A stretch of 64,000 nucleotides of DNA from an uncultured cyanobacterium. Its GTDB lineage: Bacteria > Cyanobacteriota > Cyanobacteriia > Cyanobacteriales > CAWUOF01. The first letter of the stretch is position 1; each line of letters begins with the position of its first letter. The notes beneath the pieces were generated by a model that saw only the letters and a program-made list of their open reading frames with translations, was not told the DNA's origin and searched no databases. The translations under genes were made by a program, and so were the position numbers. The stretch covers positions 6,304,001 through 6,368,000 of the forward strand of contig CAVUSO010000001.1 of assembly GCA_963744145.1 (NCBI GenBank), given 5' to 3'. This document shows positions 51,605 through 62,989 of this stretch, piece by piece.

Positions 51605-52040
51605 CTACGCTCCTAATCGATTAGGGTCGTCAAAATCGATCCGGTCTGCGTGTCCCCAAAATGCTTCTAAATTATAAAACTCCCGTTCCTTCGGCATCAT
51701 CAGATGGACAATTACATCTCCATAATCTTGGATGATCCAAGAACCTTGGCTTTGTCCTTCCGTCCTTAAGGGAGTCCGATCGCAGATTACTTCTCCCGCT
51801 TCTTTAATTGCTTGGGCGATCGCTCGGACCTGCACCCGCGAAAATCCGGTCACGATCATAAAATAATCGGCTAGATAGGATACTTTGGTCATATCTAGCA
51901 CAATAATATCACCTCCTTTCCGATCGGCGGCGGCGGTGGCGATGGTTAATGCTAATGTGCGACTATCACTATCTTTCGTCGACCTTGAGGGTAAATAGAT
52001 TAGGGGATGATGACGCTTGAATTGTGGTGTAATCTGACAT
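51605..52040 (-). CDS. rsfS: Ribosome silencing factor RsfS, with an apparent +1 frameshift in the 5' region
   Basis: [20 protein letters not shown] and [11 protein letters not shown] motifs; the ATG at 52040 is one base out of frame. Confidence 0.88.
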
Positions 52041-52238
52041 TCAGTTCTCTTTCATTTCTCAATTGTATAATCCATCATCTGGCAATTGCCCAAAATTGGC
52101 TGCCGCGCCAATGTAAATAAATGTTAATTTTTGCAGCAGATGTTGTTTGCCAGCCTTTTCTTTTCTGTCATGCTAACAAAAATTTTCCACCATCTGGGGG
52201 AGGGAAAAATAAATATTAGTTGCCGATTGAAAATTCAG

Positions 52239-52853
52239 CTACTCAATGGGAAAATCTGAGCGGGATTGGGATTTGGTCTGATGGAGGAACCAATTGCGGG
52301 TCAAAACCGTGCGAGGATGAATCAGCAGATGAGTTTTGAGCAAATATCTGAGGGAATAATCACAGGTTAACCAAACCGCTTGGTAGAGATTTTGCCGACT
52401 AATTTGTCGTAAAGTCTCAAGTTCGGGAGTATTACCTCGACCGACTTCCAGACTATCTGCTAAAAAAATAATACAGCTTAATAAACCCATTCCGGGTCTT
52501 CCTAAAGTATGATCCGCGATCGCCAGACAGATTTCTTGATCAACAATCCCAAATTGATCGCGAGCGATGATCGCACTAATATCAGCATGGAGTAGATGGG
52601 GATTTGCGCTCAAGATCGAATCAATCTCCAATCCTTCATCATTTGCCATTTGTAGTAATAACAAGGGCTGGAAATATTTAGCTAAATCGTGCATTAAACC
52701 AGCGATCGCCGCTTTATCAACATCAGCCTGATAATGGGTAGCTAAGTCGATCGCCATTTGCTCTACTCCAAGAATATGCTTAATTCTTGCGACTGGTACA
52801 TGTTCTGCTAACCAAGTTAAAACGCGATCGCGCTTTAATTCTAATTCACTCAT
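52239..52853 (-). CDS. yqeK: YqeK HD-domain Ap4A hydrolase
   Basis: HILGV, MHDLAK, HTLG and ADSLE motifs; next to rsfS. Confidence 0.9.
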   Translation of the reverse strand: MSELELKRDRVLTWLAEHVPVARIKHILGVEQMAIDLATHYQADVDKAAIAGLMHDLAKYFQPLLLLQMANDEGLEIDSILSANPHLLHADISAIIARDQFGIVDQEICLAIADHTLGRPGMGLLSCIIFLADSLEVGRGNTPELETLRQISRQNLYQAVWLTCDYSLRYLLKTHLLIHPRTVLTRNWFLHQTKSQSRSDFPIE

Positions 52854-52938
52854 AATTTCGCTGGTATCTAAACATCACCTGATGGCAATTGCTATTTGGT
52901 GAAAAGATTTATTTTAGCAGAAGTTGAACCTGATTGCG

Positions 52939-54168
52939 TTATGCCTGATCAACAGAGATAATTTCAGCAAATAATGCTTCATAATGATTCAAAGCTTCCT
53001 CGAATCCATAATTTGCTACAGCAAACTGCCGTCCTTTTGTACCTAGACTTTCAGCTAACTGAGGATTATGATATAAATCCAGAATTGCTTGGGCTAAAGC
53101 TGCGGGATCTTCAGGGGGAACGATCAAACCACCACCACTATTTTGTAAAGCTTTTGCTGCTGTACCAAGCGCTGGCACCGAGGCAATAATCGGACGTCCA
53201 CTCGCTAAGAGAACAGGAATTTTAGAAGGCATATTAAAAGCAATTACCTTTTGTTTTTGTACCACTAAACTGACATCAGCAGCTGCCAACATTTCCGGCA
53301 ATTCAGACCGAGGTTGAAATTTTTTCAATAAAACATTATCCGTGGGGAGATATTGTTGGCGTAATTCTTCCAGAGCTAGAGGTTCTCCCACAATCACGAT
53401 CGCAATATTGGGGATATCTGTCAAGATTTGGGCAGCTTTAATTACTGTATTTAACCCTTGAGTAAGTGCAATATTACCAGCATATAAGACTACAAATTTG
53501 TTAGTAAGTTGATGAGCGACCCGAAAAGAGTTATTTCTTGGTAGGGGACGAATAAAATTTAGATTTACCCAATTAGAAATTAAAGCAATTTTGGCTGATG
53601 GTACCTTTTTTTGGAGTAAATTTTCGACAAAACCATCAGCAATAACAGTAATTTTGCTAGCAGTCAAATAGGCAAATTTTTCTAAAGCTGCAAACACCCG
53701 AATAATGACTTGGTTTTTCAGCAGTCCGACATGAACTGCTGCTTCATGTTGAATATCTTGAATATTTAATACTACTGGACAACGCTGTAACCAGCCTAGC
53801 AAGGTCGCAGGTAGACATACAGGCAACGGTGGGACAGTGGCCAAAATGACATCAGGTTTAAATCCACACAAAGCATTGGAAAAGCTAGTCAGCACAAAAC
53901 TACCATCGAGAAAAACTCGATCTAGCAAACTAGGGTGAGGACGAATCCAGACATAACTACGTTGCAATAAAACACCATTTCTTTGTTCTTTTAAATACCA
54001 TTTACCCTGATATTCAGGATAGATCCGTCGTTCGGGATAGTTGGGCATAGCTGTGACTACTCGGACTTGGTGTCCTCTACTGACTAATCCTTCTGCAAGT
54101 TCAGTCATTAAGGGGGCAATCCCGATTGGTTCTGGATGATAGTTATAGGAATAAATGAGAATTCGCAT
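52939..54168 (-). CDS. Glycosyltransferase family 4 (WcaI/WbuB-like)
   Basis: NYHPEPIGIAP, LYAGNIALTQG and NMPSKI motifs. Confidence 0.88.
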   Translation of the reverse strand: MRILIYSYNYHPEPIGIAPLMTELAEGLVSRGHQVRVVTAMPNYPERRIYPEYQGKWYLKEQRNGVLLQRSYVWIRPHPSLLDRVFLDGSFVLTSFSNALCGFKPDVILATVPPLPVCLPATLLGWLQRCPVVLNIQDIQHEAAVHVGLLKNQVIIRVFAALEKFAYLTASKITVIADGFVENLLQKKVPSAKIALISNWVNLNFIRPLPRNNSFRVAHQLTNKFVVLYAGNIALTQGLNTVIKAAQILTDIPNIAIVIVGEPLALEELRQQYLPTDNVLLKKFQPRSELPEMLAAADVSLVVQKQKVIAFNMPSKIPVLLASGRPIIASVPALGTAAKALQNSGGGLIVPPEDPAALAQAILDLYHNPQLAESLGTKGRQFAVANYGFEEALNHYEALFAEIISVDQA

Positions 54169-54257
54169 ATATATATTAGTTGAGTGTTATTGGTCAGTCG
54201 GACTTCCACACCCAATTTAATTTGCTGGGGTTCTCCAAGCGAGCCAGGGGTAGGAAA

Positions 54258-54320
54258 TTTTTGTGGGACAGATATCTGGTCAGATATCTTGCTTGTCCCA
54301 TTTATTTTCCTAAGAGGTCT
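54258..54320 (+). repeat. Degenerate right half of the 11400 MITE/REP element
   Basis: TTTTGTGGGACAG...TTGCTTGTCCCATTTATTTTCCTAAGAGGTCT, compared with 11473-11522; internal 12-bp duplication. Confidence 0.65.
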
Positions 54321-55444
54321 CTTGATTAACAAACTAACATCTAAATATGGATTTAAATCAGACTGGTTCACAAATTCTCAGGGGTCAGAAAATTTGCAAC
54401 CAGAACCAAGGTTAAAAAAACTCTGTGACCTTTGAACTGTCCCCGAAACTTTCCCCCTTGCGGATATGCCTGTACAAGGGATGACAATTTCGAGTTTTTG
54501 CGATGGGAAAGTTCAGCTTAAATTTAAAGCTTTCATAAAGCAGAAGTTAAGAAGATAAAAAATTACTGTAAATTATCTCAATTGGTATTGCTTACGTAAA
54601 TTTACTATGGTTAATATTTACATGCGCGGATCACACTATATGGCTTAGTTAAGATATCAAGGTCAACGGACAGATAAGATGTCTGTTCTACAAGGGTCTT
54701 TTTGGTTATGGCACAGGCCATTCCAAAACTTTTCTCCCAACTCTTAATTTTAACCAAACCTTAATTGACATCTCGCAAGAACAAATGTATAATTGGCCTC
54801 CTCACATAAAAAAGGTAACAATTATGTTTTGCACCTTGACCGAACCAATTTCTGATAAACAACAAACCAATCAAGAGGATTTAATACTTTGCTACTTACT
54901 AATTAATAGTCTAATTTTCCATTTTTCTTATCGAAGTCCGATAAGTATTTAATCTGTCGCTTTTTCAACGCGATACATATAGCGACAGATTAGCTAATAG
55001 TATAGATTTTCCTAAAATTTATCGCAGAATAGACAACGCTAGCGATCGCAGTGCAACTGATCCAAGTAGAGGGTGAACCTCTTCTTTCTTGGCGTCTGAG
55101 GATAGTAATACTGTGCGATCGCAGACAGATTTAGGAATAACACCAGTTTCATAAATTGGCACTACAGATCATAGGTATACCATCTGTAGTCAGAATTAAT
55201 ACGACTTGGTGATCAATAGAACGGACGATCGCGATCGAAAATGTGCGATCGTCCAGAGTGGAATGTCTGGATTCAGGCAAAAATGTTAACCCTATTGGAA
55301 AAAAAGAGGACAAAATCATGTTGACTAAAGATTTGACTCTCTCCTGGACTATAAAAACTGATGATTTTGGGCAAAATAATTTAGGGAACGAAATTAAACT
55401 TAAAATAAAGAACGGTTTACCAGAATTATTTTTTTAACTTCCCA

Positions 55445-57009
55445 ATGTTTCTAAATCGCAGATCCTTACTAAGAGCTTTCTTGCTGGGTTTAACTTCTCC
55501 ATCTTTATTACGGGTTGTAGTATCCTTACCAAAAAATGAATTATCCAGCGTCAAAGATTCCCATAACTCTAAAAATCCCACTGTCCTCGAAAACAAAAAA
55601 CTAGGAACTTCTGAATGGAAACTAACTAACCCAGCTCGCAACAGAGAAATCGAAGGTTATGCTTCTCTGACCAGTGTGAATCGGGGTGAACCAATTAAAT
55701 TGTTTGTTAATACTGCTGATCCGACCTATACTATTGATATTTTTCGGATGGGATGGTATAATGGCGATGGTGGGCGTCGAGTAACTAACTCCATTACTCG
55801 GACAGGAATTAGGCAATCACCACCCATTGAGAAAGATCGATCAGGATTGATTGAATGTAACTGGCAAGATCCTTACATTTTAAATATACCTAATGATCTG
55901 GGAGATCCGACTAATTGGGCGAGTGGATTTTATTTAGCTAAGTTAACAGGTAACAAATCTGGTAAACAAAGCTACATTATCTTTGTTGTTCGTGACGATC
56001 TGCGGGTTTCTGATATTTTATTTCAATCTAGTGTAACTACTTTTCAGGCATATAATAATTGGGGGGGAAGATTCTTTATCGGTGGAATAGTAAAGGTAAA
56101 CAAGCTTATAAAGTTTCCTTTAATCGTCCCTATGCACCTAGTCCTAACCCAATTGCTGCTTATGGAGTTGGTGCTGGTGAGTTTTTAACTAATCTGCAAC
56201 CCAAACGAAGAACCCCAAGTTCAGGGTGGGAATATAATTTGGTACGCTGGTTAGAACGTGAAGGGTATGATGTGACCTATTGTACTAATATTGATACTCA
56301 TTTTGATCGTCAATTACTGTTACCTCATCAAGCGTTTTTTTCAGTAGGTCATGATGAGTATTGGTCATGGGAAATGCGTGAAAATGTGGAAAATGCTCGC
56401 AATCAAGGCATAAATTTATGCTTCTTTTCTGCGAATACTTGTTATTGGCAAATTCGGTTAGGAACTAGCCTCATTACAGGAGATGTAAATCGAACTATTA
56501 TTGCTTATAAAGAAATGATAGATTTAGATCCGTTTGGACACGATCGCGATCGCAGTAACGATCGTAAAATTACTACCCTCTGGCGCAAACAACCAGTAAA
56601 TTATCCAGAAGATGCTTTAATTGGAGTGATGTATGAAACATTTAATGTACATGGAGATATTGTGATTGATCAGGCTCCAGATTGGTTACTTGCAGACACA
56701 AAATTAACCAAAGGGGATCGCTTACCAGGATTATTAGGTTATGAAGTAGATCGAATTTTTGGGAATGCTCCTGGGAATTTGATCCGGATTGGTCATTCAC
56801 CCTATTCTCATAAAGGTGGTACACGCTACTCGGATATGACTCTTTATTATACTCCTAAAGGAAGTCTAGTTTTTGCCGTAGGTTCTATGCAATGGAGTTG
56901 GGGATTAGATGACTATAATGCTCCCCTCTTACGTCCATCGGTACTTAATCCTGCGGTCCAAACCTTAACTCGGAATCTGATGGCAAGAATTTTAAAACGT
57001 TCAACCTAA
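55445..57009 (+). CDS. N,N-dimethylformamidase beta-subunit-like (DUF6605) protein with a Tat signal; frameshift at the G7 run 56061-56067
   Basis: NRRSLL signal; IEGYAS, FRMGWY, TFQAYNNWGG, SFNRPY and SVGHDEYWS motifs across two ORFs. Confidence 0.8.
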
Positions 57010-57014
57010 AATAG

Positions 57015-58190
57015 TCAAGATTGCCAATATTGATAAGCTGCATAAGCTAAGGTGACAACTCCAGTCATAATCGCAGATTCATCTACTCTAAATTGAGGAT
57101 GATATAAAGGATAGTTAGGTTGATCTTGATCACCAACACCAAGAAGGAACATAGTTCCCGGAGCTTGTTGTAAATAAAGGGAAAAATCTTCAGCACTAAG
57201 AGATGGTTCAAGTAAGAGTTGAACGCGATCGCTACCCCAAGCTTCTTGAGCTGCTGTTTGTAATAATCTAGTCAAAGCTGGATCATTTTGGACTCCCGGT
57301 ACTCCAGGTCTATAATTAAGCTCATAGGTAGCACCATAAGCATGACAAATACCAGAAACAATTTGCTCAATCCATCCCGATAGATTAGGGATAGTTTCTG
57401 GATGTAGCGATCGCACTGTTCCCACCAAACTAACTCTTTCTGCAATTACATTGGCTGCGGTTCCACCATGAATTTGTCCGATCGTTAACACCAATGGATG
57501 TAAAGGATTTTGAGTCCGACTAATCGCTTGCTGAAGAGTTGTAATCACTTGAGCTGCAATCCAAATTGCATCAATTGCTTCATGAGGACGCGCTCCGTGT
57601 CCTGATTCACCAATAATAATGATCTCAATATCATCGGTAGCTGCGGTTAAAGTACCATAGCGAATCCCAATATTTCCAGCAGGAATATTTGGGAAAACTT
57701 GTAAACTAAAAATTGCCTCCACATCACACATTGCTCCAGCTTGAATCATCCAACTAGCACCTTGAGAAATTGCTTGAGCAGGTTGAAATAAAAAACGCAT
57801 TTTCCCTGGTAACTGATCTACCAATCCAGCTAATACCATTGCTGTTCCTAAACCTACAGTGGTATGGACATCGTGACCACCAGCGTGCATGACCCCGGGT
57901 TGACGAGAAGCAAAATCCAAGTGAGGATATTCGCTAATAGGTAAAGCGTCCATATCGGTACGAATTGCTAACAGTCGGCGATCGCTATTTTTACCAACTA
58001 ATTCTCCAATAATACCAGTTTTACCTACCGATTCTTGGACGTGAATACCCCAGGAAGATAGTATCCCAGCGATATAACTTGCGGTTTGATATTCTGCACC
58101 GCTTAACTCTGGGTGAGAGTGGAGGTGACGACGAATTTCAATCAGTCGAGGTGCTAGGGTTTTCGCTAAATCTTTGATTTGAGTCAGCAT
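57015..58190 (-). CDS. M20D amidohydrolase-like protein with a degenerate active site
   Basis: RRHLHSHPELS, RTDMDALP, GHGARPH and EDF motifs, but HAGGHD, FQPAQA, SLQV and LYHP at ligand positions. Confidence 0.85.
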   Translation of the reverse strand: MLTQIKDLAKTLAPRLIEIRRHLHSHPELSGAEYQTASYIAGILSSWGIHVQESVGKTGIIGELVGKNSDRRLLAIRTDMDALPISEYPHLDFASRQPGVMHAGGHDVHTTVGLGTAMVLAGLVDQLPGKMRFLFQPAQAISQGASWMIQAGAMCDVEAIFSLQVFPNIPAGNIGIRYGTLTAATDDIEIIIIGESGHGARPHEAIDAIWIAAQVITTLQQAISRTQNPLHPLVLTIGQIHGGTAANVIAERVSLVGTVRSLHPETIPNLSGWIEQIVSGICHAYGATYELNYRPGVPGVQNDPALTRLLQTAAQEAWGSDRVQLLLEPSLSAEDFSLYLQQAPGTMFLLGVGDQDQPNYPLYHPQFRVDESAIMTGVVTLAYAAYQYWQS

Positions 58191-58192
58191 CT

Positions 58193-60247
58193 TTATGGAA
58201 TTAAAGGAGTCTCTTCTTTCTTAGTTGGAGTTTTTGGTTTAATTAGCTGTTCCCGATTCACAGGAGCCAAAACTAACAGAGAATTTACTTGTTGTCTGAG
58301 ATTGGTAGCAGAAGTAGAAAAACTCAAACTCCGCATCGTTCCCAGAAAACGTTTAAAGTCATCATTTTGGGGAGAATTACGTTGTTTCGGCGGTCCAAAA
58401 TTATTAAATAGAGCGAAAGTAGAGCCTAGATTCATGTAAAAATAGCCCGCATTGGGACGAGGGAAAGGATTAGTGGCTATTTTAAAAGCGAAGTTTTGAA
58501 TTAAGGATTGATTTGGAGCTGGATTGAGCAGTGCTAATGGTCCTATTCCTGTACTGATCATTAAGGTATCATTGTCAGCCCAACTGTGAGCTAAAACACT
58601 AGTATTTTTGGCTGGTGCTGATTGCACTTCCCAACTCACCGCAGGTTGATCGCGAATATTACGGGAAATGATATTAAAAGGTTTACCTGCTTTAGCAGCA
58701 AAAAATTTATCTAATTTAGCTAAAGCTGCTTCAGCCGCAGGGCGATCGCTAGTTTGGATGATGAAAGCTGCACCAAGCGGAAAACTTTTCCCAAATAAAC
58801 TAAATAGACCTTCATTACTGGGGAAAAAAGAAATTCCATATTTTCCATCCATCCAAGGAATAATGTCTTTATCGATATCTAAACCAATCCATTGACGAAC
58901 AAATGTCCGCATTTGATCCAAGAACTTTTTCGATGATGGTTGAATTTCTAGACCAGCAATAGCACTTTTCCAGACAGTTTTCAAATTAGAAGTGGTGGTG
59001 GCCAGATAGACATTAGCTGGTAGTTTAGAAAAAACTGGATCGGTTTCATTAGTATTGTTATTGCCGATAATTAATTGCGGCATTTGGTAATAAAGATTGG
59101 TTTGATTACGCAGCCCTTCCTCTTGAATCCAAATATAGGTTTCATAGTGAGAAAGGACTGTTTCTAAGGTTTTAAAATCTCTAGTTAAAGGATAAGGTAA
59201 GGGCAGGGGTATCCCTACACTTGGTTGCAAAGGAAGCAATTGTTGGAGACTGCTAATGGGTAAATAACCAACTGCTAGCGATCGCCCAAATTGGGGATTT
59301 TCAATGAGCCGTTGGAACTTGGGATTATTAGTCAATGGCTCTAAATTAGTTTGACTATCAATCAACTTTTCTAGTGGTTCACCCAGAGTAGAAATCCCTA
59401 AATATCCCGGTAACATAGCGATCGCTAACCCGGGAATGACTCGTTGGGGGACTCGGTATAATGGTCTTTTTTTCGATGGTGGTCGATGCTCGGGAATTTC
59501 GGCTGCTGAGTTTTTAAATTGTTTAAGATTAGTTGTGTCAGTTGGTTGATTTAAAGACAAATATTCTGTTTCAGTCTGCGAGAGCTGAACAAAAAATTCC
59601 GTCAAATTTTCTGGTGATAATAGTGATAATAAAGACCAAGTTTCCTTTACGGGTTGACTAGGTGCAGGAAACGGCACAGGTTTATTACCTGGTGATGGCT
59701 CAGGATTGGGTGGTGTGGGAAAATTTGGATGATGACTGGGCAACTTTTCTGGGAGCCATTCGATGATAGTAATACCTTTGTATTGACGCTCTATAGGTGG
59801 TTTTTTATGATTAGTTTTTACTTTTTCTAAAAAACTTTTTACCCCATCCTGATTTTTTACTGGTGCTAACATCACACTGAGGGAATCAGTGCTTTTTTTC
59901 GGAGAATTAGTGGTTTGTGGCCAAAGAACGAGGGCTGTCCATTCCCCGATCCAAGGTTGAACATCAGTTTTAAAATTAATTTTTGTAGGGAAGTAAGGTA
60001 ATCCTGGTGGACCATCAATTTCCGTCGGAAAGGGATTAAAGCGATTAAAGCTGCTCCAGTTTTGGGTGGTAGTGTTGATTAATAATACTCCGGCTGTATC
60101 ACTTGGTAATATAGTTGTGACAGGTGGAGGTGTGAGAGGCTGTGGTGTAGTTACTGGTTGGGCATGGACGCTGGTAATCCCTAGTACCAGCATTGAACTA
60201 GGGACAATTGTGAGCAAGGATAGCAGTGGTAAGGTAATCCGACCCAT
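58193..60247 (-). CDS. DUF3352-like exported protein
   Basis: Signal peptide; DVQPWIGEW, DIIPWMDG, SDRPAAEAALAKLD and NAGYFYMN motifs. Confidence 0.7.
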   Translation of the reverse strand: MGRITLPLLSLLTIVPSSMLVLGITSVHAQPVTTPQPLTPPPVTTILPSDTAGVLLINTTTQNWSSFNRFNPFPTEIDGPPGLPYFPTKINFKTDVQPWIGEWTALVLWPQTTNSPKKSTDSLSVMLAPVKNQDGVKSFLEKVKTNHKKPPIERQYKGITIIEWLPEKLPSHHPNFPTPPNPEPSPGNKPVPFPAPSQPVKETWSLLSLLSPENLTEFFVQLSQTETEYLSLNQPTDTTNLKQFKNSAAEIPEHRPPSKKRPLYRVPQRVIPGLAIAMLPGYLGISTLGEPLEKLIDSQTNLEPLTNNPKFQRLIENPQFGRSLAVGYLPISSLQQLLPLQPSVGIPLPLPYPLTRDFKTLETVLSHYETYIWIQEEGLRNQTNLYYQMPQLIIGNNNTNETDPVFSKLPANVYLATTTSNLKTVWKSAIAGLEIQPSSKKFLDQMRTFVRQWIGLDIDKDIIPWMDGKYGISFFPSNEGLFSLFGKSFPLGAAFIIQTSDRPAAEAALAKLDKFFAAKAGKPFNIISRNIRDQPAVSWEVQSAPAKNTSVLAHSWADNDTLMISTGIGPLALLNPAPNQSLIQNFAFKIATNPFPRPNAGYFYMNLGSTFALFNNFGPPKQRNSPQNDDFKRFLGTMRSLSFSTSATNLRQQVNSLLVLAPVNREQLIKPKTPTKKEETPLIP

Positions 60248-60513
60248 TACGTTTTAAAACCATCGTGTTTTTCCAGACCCAGACTATCTTATTAGATTAT
60301 TTTTAGCAACTGAGAATTTTAGACCAACAAGCACTTTTTTTTTGAGTAATTCCGAAATTGGTCTAGTTATTAAGTGTTTCTGGTTGGGTTAATGTTGTTT
60401 ATAAAAAAAAACGATCACTTTTGACTAAAAAGCGATCGTGAATAATGTTGATTTAGGTGAAATTAGAAAAATTACCAAGATGGAAACCAAAATATCTTTT
60501 GGTTACTTTCTAT

Positions 60514-62466
60514 TTACATTAGCCCTGCGGGAATGTCCGTAAAAGCTTTGGAACCGAGGGCAATTTGCTTGGCCATTCCTGGGGGGAGACCTTTTAGCTT
60601 CTTCAACTTCGCACCATGAGTCCCAAAATCTGAACCAGCTAATTTAACTGGTGTTGTCCCCGTAGTGGTGGTATCAGCAAAACCAATTTGGAAATCCGAT
60701 GCTTGTACAACATTCTTGGAGAAAATGGTAATCGAGAATTGTTGAGAAAGTTTGAGGATATAAGTGTTGATCCCGCTAGCAGTCACACCTGTATTCGTGA
60801 TTGCACTTAATAACGTCTGTGTACTAGTAAACCCAAAGTCAGCAGCAATCTGAATCTGATCTTTCGAGTCATCGAAATTATAGATCGTAGTCATACCAGT
60901 TAAGGGGTCTACTGTCGATCCACCAGGCGTCTGGCCAGGCATCGGACCAGGCATCGGACTAGGCATCGGGCCAGGAGCAGGACCAGACATCGGACCAGGC
61001 ATCGGACCAGGAGCAGGAGCAGGACCAGGACCAGGCATCGGACCAGACATCGGACCAGGCATCGGGCCAGGAGCAGGTGGTACAGTACCTTGACCAATGA
61101 CAAAGGTGGTCTGACCGGAACCGCTGATGAGGGAATCGCTTCCAGAACCAGTGATCAGAATATCTTGTCCTGCACCACCAACCAGAGTATCGCTACCTAC
61201 GTTATTATCACTAATTAGACAATCGTTGCCAGCACCTGCTTGGAGAAGACTTTTGCCACCGCTACTGATGATTAAATCATTTCCTTTACCACCGATAAGT
61301 ACGCTACCGCTAGCAAAGGAAAGAAGTTTACTATCACTGCTACCACCAGTTAATATGTCACCAGGAGTTGTACTAACAGTTAAACTAGGAATATTGCCTT
61401 GAGCAGGAGTGTTAGCAATAGTAGTTTTTAAGTTACTAGTTTTACCAAACTCAAGATAGTGTAAGAATGCAGATGTAACTTGACCTTGATTTACCGCTGT
61501 TTGGACACTAGGATTTAAAGATAGGTAAAGATCAGCGTTAAAGTTAGGATTAGGACTCAGATTTTCAGTTAATCCGAATTGGAGAAAATGATCGACCGCG
61601 CTAACACATTGACCACTAGCAATTGATTGTGAAACTTCTGGGTTAGCTTGTTGATAGTAGGCAACATTTAATAGGGCGTTAGGACTACGGTTTTCTTGAA
61701 TACCAAAGGTTAAGAAATGTTGAATAGCCGTAGTTTTTCCAGCAGCAACTGCTTGGGCAACATCAGGGTTAGTTTGCAAATAGTAGTTGGAATCGAAAAG
61801 AGGTGTGCAACTACGATTTTCTTTAAGACCAAACATCAAAAAATGCTGGGCTGCACTTTCTACTGTACCTTTCTGAATTGCCTTAGCTACATCTGGGTTT
61901 TGTGCTAAGTAAAAGCTGGTATCAAATATAGCGCTAGTATTGCGTTCTTCTTTGGCACCAAATGCTAAGAAGTGGAGATAACCTCCTTTAAATGAACCTT
62001 CCTGAACTGCTTTGGCAACATCTGGATTAGAGTCGAGATAGAAGGTGTTGTTATAGAAAGGGTTAGGATTTAGTCCACTACTAATACCAACTTTGATGAA
62101 CTGTTCGTAAGCACTGCTATATTGTCCGCTAGCTACCTGTTGATTAGCTTGCGGATTTTCTTGCAGATAGTATTTTGAATCTAACCCCATGATGGGAGCG
62201 TCTCCCTTGGCACTACCGACTTTGAGAAAATAGTCAAAGGCACTTGTATATTGCCCTGATTGTACTGCTAGTGCCGCTTGGGAATTTGTGGCTAAATAAT
62301 ACTTACTATTGAACCAAAGACTTGGATCATCACCTCGCGCTGCACCGACATTAATATAAAAATCTAATGCAGTTTTATACTTACCACTAGCAACAGCTTG
62401 TTGTGCATCGGGATGACCGTTGAGATAATATTGTTGGTCAAATAAATCGCTTGCAGTTATACTCAC
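60514..62466 (-). CDS. Repetitive surface or secreted protein
   Basis: About 8 repeats of FDxxYYLxxNPDVAxAVxxG...HFLxFG; RTX-like GGxGxD motifs; (PGPM)n linker. Confidence 0.75.
   Translation of the reverse strand: MSITASDLFDQQYYLNGHPDAQQAVASGKYKTALDFYINVGAARGDDPSLWFNSKYYLATNSQAALAVQSGQYTSAFDYFLKVGSAKGDAPIMGLDSKYYLQENPQANQQVASGQYSSAYEQFIKVGISSGLNPNPFYNNTFYLDSNPDVAKAVQEGSFKGGYLHFLAFGAKEERNTSAIFDTSFYLAQNPDVAKAIQKGTVESAAQHFLMFGLKENRSCTPLFDSNYYLQTNPDVAQAVAAGKTTAIQHFLTFGIQENRSPNALLNVAYYQQANPEVSQSIASGQCVSAVDHFLQFGLTENLSPNPNFNADLYLSLNPSVQTAVNQGQVTSAFLHYLEFGKTSNLKTTIANTPAQGNIPSLTVSTTPGDILTGGSSDSKLLSFASGSVLIGGKGNDLIISSGGKSLLQAGAGNDCLISDNNVGSDTLVGGAGQDILITGSGSDSLISGSGQTTFVIGQGTVPPAPGPMPGPMSGPMPGPGPAPAPGPMPGPMSGPAPGPMPSPMPGPMPGQTPGGSTVDPLTGMTTIYNFDDSKDQIQIAADFGFTSTQTLLSAITNTGVTASGINTYILKLSQQFSITIFSKNVVQASDFQIGFADTTTTGTTPVKLAGSDFGTHGAKLKKLKGLPPGMAKQIALGSKAFTDIPAGLM
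60935..61077 (-). repeat. 12-bp coding tandem repeat (PGPM / PAPG)
   Basis: CCAGGCATCGGA units. Confidence 0.85.
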
Positions 62467-62989
62467 CTGGATTAACCTCGTTTTCAGTCAAATATTATTA
62501 CCTTACATTCCCAGCATGACGGTAAGTGAAACATCTAGTTCCCCATGACTTTTATTGATAATTCACTATTTTCTTGCATTTATAAATTATACGATTATTT
62601 CCAAAAATAGATCATTTATATTTATTCTGATAAAATCTAGAAAAATAAATCTGGAGTTTTGGCAACTAAATAGTGAATATCCTCTTTATAACAAAAGTTT
62701 TACGAAAAAATCTGCTTTTTTCAGTAAAAATACGGATAAATCTTTGAGGAAAACAAAAATTTTCATTAGATATCTAGTTAATTATATAAATATATTGATA
62801 TTAGTGTTACTGATCACCAATATAGTTAGAACTGGAAATCTAGAAGCTACTTGATTTAATTAGTTAGGTACTTATCTATAAAAATCAATCAGGTAACAGG
62901 GAAATCAGGAAAAATTAGGATGTTCTTTTTTAGTTGCTCGATTTCAAGTCTAATTGGGAGAAAATCAAAACTGAATCAGCAATAGTCGC

